Shown: positions 21,440 through 30,002 of the stretch, one piece after another | How positions within the stretch are numbered: the first letter of the stretch is position 1 | Layout: the number at the start of each line of letters is the position of its first letter | Origin: Chloroflexota bacterium | GTDB taxonomy: Bacteria > Chloroflexota > UBA11872 > VXOZ01 | Direction: 5' to 3' | DNA length: 64,000 bases | Assembly (NCBI GenBank): GCA_964291655.2 | Contig: OZ219802.1 | Location: 2,272,001-2,336,000 of the forward strand | Made by a program: the position numbers and the translations under genes | Notes under the pieces: model-generated | Seen by the model: only the letters and a program-made list of their open reading frames with translations | Databases searched by the model: none | Told to the model about the DNA's origin: nothing

Positions 21440-24400
21440 TTGGCCGGGTTCAAGGAAGTCAGTAGAGATCTCGACTTTCCCAGTATGGAGCATCGGATCC
21501 TCAAGTTCTGGGAGGATACCGCTGCTTTTGAGAAGCTTGTCGCGAAGAATAAAGACAATCCCCGCTGGTCTTTCATTGACGGCCCCATTACGGCCAATAA
21601 TCCCATGGGCGTCCACCACGCGTGGGGACGCACCTATAAGGACATCTATCAACGCTACAAGGCCATGCAGGGCTATGCCCAGCGCTATCAAAACGGCTTT
21701 GACTGCCAGGGGCTGTGGTTGGAAGTCGAGGTCGAACGCGACCTCGGTTTCGATTCGAAGCACGAGATCGAGGAATTCGGCCTCGACAACTTCTCCCGCG
21801 AGTGCCGCAAGCGCGTGGAACACTTCTCCTCGGTGCAGACGAACCAGTCCATCCGGCTCGGCCAGTGGATGGATTGGGACAACTCGTACTACACCATGGA
21901 CGATAGCAACATCGAGCACATCTGGTACTTCCTGAAGCGCTGCCACGAGAAGGCCTGGCTCTACAAGGGCTGGCGCTCCATGCCGTGGTGTATTCGCTGC
22001 GGCACCAGCCTTTCGCAGCATGAGCTGGTCGGCACGGACACGTACCGCGAGGTCACGCATCCGAGTATCACGTTGCGGCTGCCGGTAAAGGGACGTGACA
22101 ACGAGTACTTCATGGTGTGGACCACCACGCCGTGGACGTTGGCCGCCAACACCGCGCTGGCCGTGCATCCTGACCTCACCTACGTCGCTGCCGAAGCCGA
22201 TGGCAATACCTACTACCTCTCCAAGGGGACTCTTGAGAGCGTTGGCCGCGGCAAACTCAACGCCGTGCGCGAATTCCGAGGCGAAGAGCTGGTGGGCCTG
22301 GAATATGTCGGCCCTTGGCACGAGTTGCCCGCCCAGCAAGGCTTCTCTACCAAAGTCGTGGGGTGGGACATCGTCGGCGAGGAAGAGGGTACCGGCATCG
22401 TCCACATCGCGCCGGGCTGCGGCGCGGAAGACTATGAGCTTTCGCAGGAGCACGGGCTCCACGTTATCGTGCCCATCGACGGCGACGGCAACTACGGCGA
22501 CGGCTTCGGCCCGCTCGCCGGGCGCAATATCACCGAGACCAACGAGCCGATCTTCGCCGCCCTGGAAGAAGCCGGCATCGTCTACCGCATTGAGGACTAC
22601 ACGCACCGCTATCCCGTGTGTTGGCGCTGTGGGGAAGAGGTCGCCTTTCGTCTGGTAGAAGAGTGGTTCATCTCCGCCGAAGAGATTCGCCCACGCATGC
22701 TGGCGGAAAACCAGACCGTCGACTGGGTTCCTGAATACGGCGGGAAGCGCATGGACGACTGGCTGAATAACATGGGGGATTGGTGCATCTCGCGCAAGCG
22801 CTTCTGGGGTCTGCCGCTGCCGTTCTACCACTGCGAGGACTGCGACCACGTCACGATTGTCGGCACCGTGCAGGAGTTGGAAGACAGAGCTATCGATGCA
22901 GCCAAAGTGCGGGCGCTGCCGGAGCTACATCGTCCGTGGATCGATGAGATAACTATTCGTTGCGAGAAGTGCAACGGCGAGACGGCTCGTATCCCGGAGG
23001 TCGGTGATTGCTGGCTGGATGCCGGCATCGTGCCGTTCTCCACACTCGGCTACCTGGAAGGCAGCGCTGAGTGGGGCAAGTGGTACCCTGCTGACTTCAT
23101 CAGCGAGATGCGCGAGCAGATTCGCCTGTGGTTCTACGCGCTTGCCTTCATGAGCGTCACCCTGGAAGACGTCCGCGCTTACCGTAACGTGCTCATCTAC
23201 GAAAAAGTCAATGACGAGCATGGTAGACCAATGCACAAGAGCCACGGCAACGCCATCTGGTTCGACGACGCCGTTGAGAAGATGGGCGCTGACGTCATGC
23301 GCTGGCTGTATTGCGAAAGCAACACCCAGCAGAACTTGAACTTCGGTTACGGCGTGGCCCAAGACGTGAAGCGACGCCTGCTGCTCTTCTGGAATGTCTA
23401 TAATTTCTTCGTAACGTATGCCCGCTTGGAGGACTTCGATCCCACCAGTGTCAGTGTGCCCCTCGAAGTGCGGTCAATCCTGGACCGCTGGATCATTGCG
23501 CTGCTCCACAAGCTGGTGCGGGACGTGACCGACGACCTGGAAAAATACGACGCCTACAGCGTTTCCCGTCGTGTGAACGATTTCATCGAGCAGTTGTCCA
23601 CGTGGTACGTGCGGCGCGGCCGCCGCCGCTATTGGAAGTCCGGCCAGGACCGCGACACCCTCTCGGCATACCAGACGCTCTACGAAGTGCTGACCACCTT
23701 CACGCGCACGATTGCGCCCATCATGCCGTTCCTCAGTGAAGAGGTGTACCAGAACCTTGTCCGCGCGGTAGATAGCGATGCGCCGGAGAGCGTGCACCAC
23801 ACCGAGTGGCCGCGCTACAACGCGTCGCTGATCGATGAAGAACTCCTCGCCCACATGGAACTGGCCCAGCGTGTCGTCAGCCTCGGCCGCGCGGCACGCA
23901 GCACGAGCAAGATCAAGGTACGCCAACCTTTGCCGGAAATACTGGTGCACGTGAAAACCGCTGACGAGCAAGCGGGGCTCGAACGCTTGCAGGAGCACAT
24001 CCTCAGCGAACTGAATGTAAAGGCGCTGCGTTTCGTTGGACCGGAAGAGGAGCTGGTGACATACGAACTCAAACCGCGCTTCAAACTGCTCGGCCCCAAG
24101 TATGGCAGGCAGGTCAAGGCCATCGCGGCGGCGTTGGGCCGGAGCGACGCCCAGGCCGGCGCGCGGCTCGTTGCCCACGGCAAGCCCGTCACGGTAGAGG
24201 TTGAGGGAGAGCAAATCGAGCTCCAGCCGGAAGAAGTGGACGTGCAGGCCCGTGAGCGGGCAGACTACAGCGTGGCCACTGAAGAAGGGTACTTGGTGGC
24301 GCTCCACACGGAGATATCACTCGATCTCGAACGGGAAGGTATGGCGCGAGAACTCATCCATCACGTCCAGAACTTGCGGCGCGCGGCGAACTTCGACCTC

Positions 24401-24610
24401 TCCGATCGCATCGTGACGTACGTGGGAGTAAGCGACGGGGAGGCGGATCAAGCGAATGTGTCAGCCATGCTGGACGCCCACAGCGATGCCGTGGCCCAGG
24501 AGACGCTCTCCATGCGCGTCGAATCAACGCATGGGCCGGATGAGGCGCATCAAGAGACCGTTGACCTTAACGGCATATCTGTGAAGCTTGGTGTGGTACG
24601 TGCATCATAA
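21440..24610 (+). CDS. ileS: isoleucyl-tRNA synthetase (long, type 2-like)
   Basis: DGPITANNPMGVHH, WTTTPWTL, DWCISRKRFWG, PMHKS; TTG start at 21440 after GAGGAGG. Confidence 0.95.
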   Translation: MAGFKEVSRDLDFPSMEHRILKFWEDTAAFEKLVAKNKDNPRWSFIDGPITANNPMGVHHAWGRTYKDIYQRYKAMQGYAQRYQNGFDCQGLWLEVEVERDLGFDSKHEIEEFGLDNFSRECRKRVEHFSSVQTNQSIRLGQWMDWDNSYYTMDDSNIEHIWYFLKRCHEKAWLYKGWRSMPWCIRCGTSLSQHELVGTDTYREVTHPSITLRLPVKGRDNEYFMVWTTTPWTLAANTALAVHPDLTYVAAEADGNTYYLSKGTLESVGRGKLNAVREFRGEELVGLEYVGPWHELPAQQGFSTKVVGWDIVGEEEGTGIVHIAPGCGAEDYELSQEHGLHVIVPIDGDGNYGDGFGPLAGRNITETNEPIFAALEEAGIVYRIEDYTHRYPVCWRCGEEVAFRLVEEWFISAEEIRPRMLAENQTVDWVPEYGGKRMDDWLNNMGDWCISRKRFWGLPLPFYHCEDCDHVTIVGTVQELEDRAIDAAKVRALPELHRPWIDEITIRCEKCNGETARIPEVGDCWLDAGIVPFSTLGYLEGSAEWGKWYPADFISEMREQIRLWFYALAFMSVTLEDVRAYRNVLIYEKVNDEHGRPMHKSHGNAIWFDDAVEKMGADVMRWLYCESNTQQNLNFGYGVAQDVKRRLLLFWNVYNFFVTYARLEDFDPTSVSVPLEVRSILDRWIIALLHKLVRDVTDDLEKYDAYSVSRRVNDFIEQLSTWYVRRGRRRYWKSGQDRDTLSAYQTLYEVLTTFTRTIAPIMPFLSEEVYQNLVRAVDSDAPESVHHTEWPRYNASLIDEELLAHMELAQRVVSLGRAARSTSKIKVRQPLPEILVHVKTADEQAGLERLQEHILSELNVKALRFVGPEEELVTYELKPRFKLLGPKYGRQVKAIAAALGRSDAQAGARLVAHGKPVTVEVEGEQIELQPEEVDVQARERADYSVATEEGYLVALHTEISLDLEREGMARELIHHVQNLRRAANFDLSDRIVTYVGVSDGEADQANVSAMLDAHSDAVAQETLSMRVESTHGPDEAHQETVDLNGISVKLGVVRAS

Positions 24611-24782
24611 CCGGGCGCGGTTAACGGGCGTTCTAGAGGGCGCCGCTCTCAAACCGGATTGAGACTTCCCGCAAGATAATGGGTCCAAGAAAACCAGCGT
24701 GGGTTGAGACTTAAGCAAGCAGGACATCTGAAGGAGCCTTTGCACATTCACCACCAAAGCGGGAATGCTCCCTCTCCCTTTG

Positions 24783-25017
24783 GAGACTTTTGCGTAACCC
24801 TAGCGGAAGCGAGAGAGTTCCCTCTCCCTCGACGGGAGAGGGCTAGGGTGAGGGTGAATCTCCTGCATTCGCTACATATGTATGCCTATTTTTAGGTGAT
24901 ATATCTTGACACCACACATGTTATGAGGCCATTGCAGCCAAGAGACCCCCTCACCCCAACCTTCTCCCCAGGGAGAGGGAGTGCCCCTGCCTGAAGGTGG
25001 GGTTATGCAAAGGTCTC
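24783..25017. mobile_element. MITE-like element with GAGAC(C/T)TTTGC-type TIRs inserted in a CCCTCTCCC repeat
   Basis: GAGACTTTTGCGTAACCC ... GGGTTATGCAAAGGTCTC enclosing an inverted pair of CCCTCACCC/CCCTCTCCC repeats; related copy at 56625. Confidence 0.7.
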
Positions 25018-25119
25018 CTGAGGGAGAGGGCCAGGGTGAGGGAGAGTCGGCGCGGGCCAGTCCGAATTTACGACAAAGTTACTTTATGTGACGAGTTTCA
25101 AAGAGAAAGGAAGTAGATC

Positions 25120-25581
25120 ATGGCTGAGAGTGCGCAGACGCTGCCACGAATCTTCAAGTGGTTTGGGGAGGGCAAATTCGCCGCCTCCGGCTTCCCCGAG
25201 ACTGAGGAAGAGCTATCCGCGGTGGCGGGGCAAGGCATCAAGCACATCGTCGCCGCCTCGCGCAAGGGGCCGGATACGGCGACCATCGAGCGACTCGGCA
25301 TGACCGTGGACAACTTTAGCGGCGTCAGCAGCGATGTGGCGACTCTCGATGCCGCGGTGGAGTCCCTGCACGCGGCTGCCCTGCGCGACGACAAAGCCCT
25401 CATTCACTGAGGCTCCGGTTTCGGCGGGGCCGGTACGGTCCTGGCAGGATACTTGGTGAAGTACGAAGGCTACGCTCCGGCGGACGCAGTGCAAGCGCTG
25501 CGTGACTTCCGCCCGGGCGATTTGAAAGGCGGCGAGGTGGTTGAATTCATCGCAGAGTACGCGGAGAGTCTGAACTCTTAG
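25120..25581 (+). CDS. candidate selenoprotein with a dual-specificity/protein-tyrosine phosphatase fold (TGA at 25408-25410 read as Sec)
   Basis: Reading through the TGA gives ALIH-U-GSGFGGAGTVLAGYLVKYEGYAPADAVQALRDFRPG...LNS*, matching the DSP pattern VHCxxGxGRTGTxxAxYL...AxxAxxxxRxxRPG. AAAGGAAG RBS upstream, SECIS-like hairpin after the TGA, terminator after the TAG. Confidence 0.78.
25425..25443 (+). promoter_or_regulatory. putative bacterial SECIS element
   Basis: CGGGGCCG-GUA-CGGUCCUG, an 8-bp stem whose loop GU lies at +23/+24 after the UGA. Confidence 0.65.
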
Positions 25582-25608
25582 GTGATCTACGCGCCCAATT
25601 TGAGAAGG

Positions 25609-25647
25609 AGAGAAGCCCGCTACTCTGCATATAGCGGGCTTCTCTCA
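25609..25647. terminator. hairpin terminator between convergent genes
   Basis: GAGAAGCCCGCTA...TAGCGGGCTTCTC. Confidence 0.7.
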
Positions 25648-25703
25648 TGAAATCTGTTCGACCGATTTTGGTTAGTATAGGGCACATGTGTGAAGGACTC
25701 GCC

Positions 25704-25979
25704 CTATCTCGGAATGAGTTCCAGTGCCGCCAGCACACCTGCCAAGGCTACAAACAGCAGCACAAGTTGAATCGTCAATTGGTTAAAGCGTTTCTCCAAT
25801 TGGCTAAAGCGCTTCTCAATCCGCAACTCCAGTGCTTGCAGTTCCGTCCTCAAGCCTGCCTTCGTTACGAGTTCACCGTGCTCCGCACTTACTAGGCCAA
25901 CAAGCACTTCAGCTTGGGCCTCTTCGAAGCCGGCCCCCGTAAGATTCTTCACTGCCTTGTGGGTGTCAAGCACTGCCAT
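25704..25979 (-). CDS. DUF1640/CCDC90-like small coiled-coil protein with a C-terminal TM helix
   Basis: LDTHKAVKNLTGAGFEEAQAE...LVTKAGL, coiled coil, hydrophobic C-terminus. Confidence 0.8.
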   Translation of the reverse strand: MAVLDTHKAVKNLTGAGFEEAQAEVLVGLVSAEHGELVTKAGLRTELQALELRIEKRFSQLEKRFNQLTIQLVLLFVALAGVLAALELIPR

Positions 25980-26106
25980 TTGTCGCTCTCTTCAGCGATT
26001 TCCATGTGCCGGATATGCCATCAGTATAGCACACGCTATTGGGCCAGCAGTTTGAACAAGACAGCTCAATTGCATGTCAATTAGCATGAATGGCACAAGT
26101 CGCATC

Positions 26107-27459
26107 TCAGTCACTCGGCACATCGGGATTGGGCTCCGGCCGGATGTGCTGCGCGAGAAACGCCACGAGTTCCCCAACCGGCACGCGTTCCTGCTCCATG
26201 CTGTCGCGGTGGCGCACGGTCACCGTGTTGTCGTCTTTGGTATCAAAGTCCACGGTAATGCCGAACGGCGTGCCGACCTCATCCTGCCGCCGGTAGCGGC
26301 GGCCGATGCTGCCGCTCTCGTCGTAGAAGACGTCCCAGTGCAATTGCAGCTCCGCCACGATCTCTTTGGCGATGTCCGGCAGCCCGCCCTTCTTCACCAG
26401 CGGCAAAATCGCCGCCTTGATAGGCGCGAGATAGGGATGGAACCGCAGTACAACCCGTGAATCACCCTTGGCGTCAACGTCCTGGTCGTAGGCGTCGAGC
26501 AGGAACGTAAGGAGCGCGCGATCAGCCCCGGCGGCGGGCTCGATGACGTAGGGGGAGACGTGCTCCTTCTGCTGTTCATCATAGAAGGTAAGGTCTTGTC
26601 CGGTGGCCTTGCTGTGACTGCGCAGGTCGTAGTCGGTGCGGTTGGAAATGCCTTCCAACTCACCCCAGCCGAACGGAAACTGATACTCGATGTCCCAGCA
26701 GTATTTGGCGTAGAATGCCAGCTCGTCATCTCCGTGCTGGCGCAAGCGCAGGTTCTCCTCTTTCACCCCGTAGGCGACGTACCATTGGCGCCGCGCTTCC
26801 AGCCAGTAGGCGTGCCAGTGGTCGTCGGTGCCCGGCTCGCAGAAGAACTCCAGCTCCATCTGCTCGAATTCACGCTGGCGGAAAATGAAGTTGCCAGTGG
26901 TTATCTCGTTGCGGTATGACTTGCCGATCTGGGCAATGCCGAAGGGCAGCCGCTGCCGCGACGAATTAAGCACGTTCTTGAAGTTGACGAACATGCCCTG
27001 CGCGGTTTCCGGACGCATGAAGGCAACGGCAGAGTCATCCTCCACAGGACCGACGTGCGTCTTGAACATGGTGAGGAAGCGGCGTGGGTCCGTGAACTCG
27101 CCGCCGCAATTCGGGCACGAGTCACCTTCGAGATGATCGACACGGAAGCGCTGGTGGCAACTCGTACATTCCACCAAGGTGTCGGCGAAGTGGGAGGCGT
27201 GGCCAGTGGTCTGCCACACGCTGGGGTTCATGATGACCCCGGTCTCCACGCCGACGACGTTCTCGCGGGTGCGCACGGTATTGTGCCACCACGCTTCGCG
27301 CACGTTGCGTTTCAAGGCGATGCCCAGTGGCCCGTAGTCCCAAAAGCTCTCGAAGCCGCCGTAGATCTCACTGGAGGGATACACGAATCCCCGGCGCTTG
27401 CATAGGCTTACAATCTCTTCCATGGTGTCGGATTTCTTTGCCAACGTGATTCCCTTCAC
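26107..27459 (-). CDS. glyQS: glycyl-tRNA synthetase (alpha2, GlyQS type)
   Basis: CKRRGFVYPSSEIYGG, RPETAQG, RNEITTGNFIFRQREFEQME, SIGRRYRRQDEVGTP. Confidence 0.96.
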   Translation of the reverse strand: MKGITLAKKSDTMEEIVSLCKRRGFVYPSSEIYGGFESFWDYGPLGIALKRNVREAWWHNTVRTRENVVGVETGVIMNPSVWQTTGHASHFADTLVECTSCHQRFRVDHLEGDSCPNCGGEFTDPRRFLTMFKTHVGPVEDDSAVAFMRPETAQGMFVNFKNVLNSSRQRLPFGIAQIGKSYRNEITTGNFIFRQREFEQMELEFFCEPGTDDHWHAYWLEARRQWYVAYGVKEENLRLRQHGDDELAFYAKYCWDIEYQFPFGWGELEGISNRTDYDLRSHSKATGQDLTFYDEQQKEHVSPYVIEPAAGADRALLTFLLDAYDQDVDAKGDSRVVLRFHPYLAPIKAAILPLVKKGGLPDIAKEIVAELQLHWDVFYDESGSIGRRYRRQDEVGTPFGITVDFDTKDDNTVTVRHRDSMEQERVPVGELVAFLAQHIRPEPNPDVPSD

Positions 27460-28238
27460 GACTGTGTTTTCAACGCGCGCATACGCTCCAGAAAGGGCGT
27501 TGTCTTCAGGTCCTGTTCGGCGACATAGCGCACAAAGGCATCTGCGGTCTGTTCCAGTTGGGTGGTGGTAGCTGAGTCTGCCTGCAGGCGCTCAACGGTG
27601 TGCAGCGGCTCTTGTGCCAACCAGCGGAGGCACTTGATAGCACGAACCGTTAGCGGCGACCCGGAGGCGCCGCCACACGCAGCGCACACGACCCCACCGC
27701 TATCCGGGCGCACCTGGATACGCGCAGCCACAGACGCCCCCGCCGCTGAGAGCGGATTGCCGCACCGCGCGCAGTCTTGAAACTGGGCCTGATACCCAAG
27801 GGTCGCCAGTAGTTGTAGTTTATAGGCTACCAAGACCAGCGGCAATGCGGCCGTAACCGCCAGGGCGCCCAGCGCCTTGATGAGCAAGATGAACTCCCCA
27901 TGCGCTTCCACTTCCTCTTCGACCAGAATGTGCGCGGCCTCGACGGCTTGGTAGGCGTAGGGCAAACGTGCGAGATCGGTGCGCAGTTGTGGGAACGTCT
28001 GCACGGTTTCCGCCTGCACCACCAGGTCCAGACTGCGACGGCGTACCACGAAGACCTTGGCCAACGTAAAGAGTTCCAGGTGCCCCGCCATGCGGCTGGT
28101 CGGGCGGCGCACACCTTTGGCAACTACGTTGAGGCGTCCCCGATCAGGCGTAAGGAGGGTCAGCCGTCTATCGGCCTCGTGAAAGTCCGTCCGGCGCAGG
28201 ACGAGCGCTTCCGCGATGTACGTTCGTTCATTTGCCAT
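27456..28238 (-). CDS. recO: DNA repair protein RecO
   Basis: VLRRTDFHEADR, AKGVRRPTSR, zinc finger CARC...CAAC. Confidence 0.92.
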   Translation of the reverse strand: MANERTYIAEALVLRRTDFHEADRRLTLLTPDRGRLNVVAKGVRRPTSRMAGHLELFTLAKVFVVRRRSLDLVVQAETVQTFPQLRTDLARLPYAYQAVEAAHILVEEEVEAHGEFILLIKALGALAVTAALPLVLVAYKLQLLATLGYQAQFQDCARCGNPLSAAGASVAARIQVRPDSGGVVCAACGGASGSPLTVRAIKCLRWLAQEPLHTVERLQADSATTTQLEQTADAFVRYVAEQDLKTTPFLERMRALKTQS

Positions 28239-28548
28239 GAAATCTCAACGTCTTTCACCGCAAGGGAGTACTGCCTAGGTGTACGTACCGCAGGGAGATG
28301 CTGCAAGGTATCGGTCGCTCATTCTTCTCAAAACGACACAATCCCCACCACAAATCGACGCTAGAATTGTGCAAGGCTGCGAGTTGCGTCACTCACAGCC
28401 TTGTTTGAACTCCCCCGTGAAATGGCGTATCCGGTTAGTCCCGTCTCCGCTTCAATAGCCGAAAATAAAATTGGACACACTGCCTCATCCACATCTCGCG
28501 TTGCCTGGGGAAGCATCCGCCACAATTGAAACATCGCTTGGCAATCGG

Positions 28549-29874
28549 CTACACTCGTTCTTCGCCATTACTTGCCTCAGTCCCATCTTCTGCCGGCCCT
28601 GGATGCGGCTCCTTGCGCACAAGCACCTTCTTGATGCGCGTGCCTTCGACGGCCAGCACCGAAACCGTAATGCCGTCAAGGTCCACCGTATCGCCTTCAT
28701 CGGGCATGCGGCCAAGCTGGGCGTAGATCGCACCGCCCAAAGTATCTACCTCTTCATTTTCGAGACTGGTGCCGAGCATGTCATTGAGGTCGTTCATGCT
28801 TACTGCCGGGTCCACCACAGCCTCCAACTCATTCACCATTTCTACCCGAGGTTCCTCTACATCGTGTTCATCCTGAATTTCGCCTACGATCTCTTCCAGC
28901 ACGTCTTCAATGGTGACGAGGCCGGCAACACCACCAAACTCATCCACACAGATGGCCGCGTGCACACGCTTCTGCCGCATCTCCTGCAAGAATTCGCTGA
29001 GCTTTTTCGACTCCGGCACGAAATAGGGCTCGCGCATCACGTCGCGCACCAGCGTATCGAGCTTGTCAGCTTCCACATACGGGAGCATGTCCTTGACATA
29101 GACAACGCCCTTGATGTTGTCAATTGTTTCTTCGTAGACTGGGATGCGCGAGTATCCATGTTCAGAAGATGTGTGGATAGCGTCAGCCAGGGTGCTGTCA
29201 CCTTCCAGCGTCACAATGTCAACGCGGGGAGACATAATTTCGCCGACAGTCAACTCGCCCAGCTCAAACACGCCGTGGATCATCTCGCGCTCGCCTTCCT
29301 CGATCACCCCCTCTTTGCCGCCGGTGTCCACCATGAGCTTGATCTCTTCTTCGGTAACCGTCGGGACCGTGGTGAGCGCCTCTTTGCCAAAGCGATGCGT
29401 GATGAGATTACTCGAGTGAGATATTAGCCACACGAGCGGATGGAAAGCCGTTTGGGTGACCAGAATTACACGTGCCGAAAGCAGGGCAAAGCGCTCGGCG
29501 TGGGTAATGGCCATGGTCTTGGGCACGATTTCGCCGAGGACAATACTGACAAAGGCGATTGCGAGCGTGATCAATATGACGGCGATTACCTCATTGCCGA
29601 TCACGCCGCCCAGGTCGTCTGAGAAGCTTACCGCGCCAATCGCGGACGCGAGGAACCCGACCGTCGTGATCGCGATCTGAATGGTCGTGAGGAACCGCTC
29701 GATGTTCTGGTGAAAGCCCCGCACGATACGGGCGTTGGAAACACCATCGTCCGCTAGTTGTTGAATACGCGCGCGGCTTACGGAGATTACCGAGGTTTCT
29801 GTCGCGGCGAAGAACCCGTTGAACAACGTTAGGATGAGAATGCCAAGAATCTGACCCCAACTTGACGGATCCAA
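28549..29874 (-). CDS. hemolysin-family CNNM/CBS/CorC-HlyC membrane protein
   Basis: NGFFAATE, LGEIVPK, YSRIPVY, VDEFGGVAGLVTIED. Confidence 0.93.
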   Translation of the reverse strand: MDPSSWGQILGILILTLFNGFFAATETSVISVSRARIQQLADDGVSNARIVRGFHQNIERFLTTIQIAITTVGFLASAIGAVSFSDDLGGVIGNEVIAVILITLAIAFVSIVLGEIVPKTMAITHAERFALLSARVILVTQTAFHPLVWLISHSSNLITHRFGKEALTTVPTVTEEEIKLMVDTGGKEGVIEEGEREMIHGVFELGELTVGEIMSPRVDIVTLEGDSTLADAIHTSSEHGYSRIPVYEETIDNIKGVVYVKDMLPYVEADKLDTLVRDVMREPYFVPESKKLSEFLQEMRQKRVHAAICVDEFGGVAGLVTIEDVLEEIVGEIQDEHDVEEPRVEMVNELEAVVDPAVSMNDLNDMLGTSLENEEVDTLGGAIYAQLGRMPDEGDTVDLDGITVSVLAVEGTRIKKVLVRKEPHPGPAEDGTEASNGEERV

Positions 29875-30002
29875 AATAGGTCACTCCTTACTAATGAACG
29901 CCCTTCCTGCCGCCACACACGTCTTTCTTCGTGAACTGTTTCATGTGAGAGGTTCAATCTTCCCCAAGAGTCTGCCAATCACGTGCCTCGCCCCTCGCCG
30001 GA

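Noticed and set aside
21317-22849. 510-aa antisense ORF and other long shadow ORFs (for example 28471-29427 and 57535-58632)
   Set aside because: They lie opposite well-supported genes, an expected by-product of high-GC codon bias.
25120-25410. 96-aa ORF ending at TGA treated as a complete gene or a pseudogene
   Set aside because: The stop falls exactly on the catalytic Cys column, homology continues in frame, and a SECIS-like hairpin follows. Readthrough explains this better, though a nonsense mutation is not excluded.
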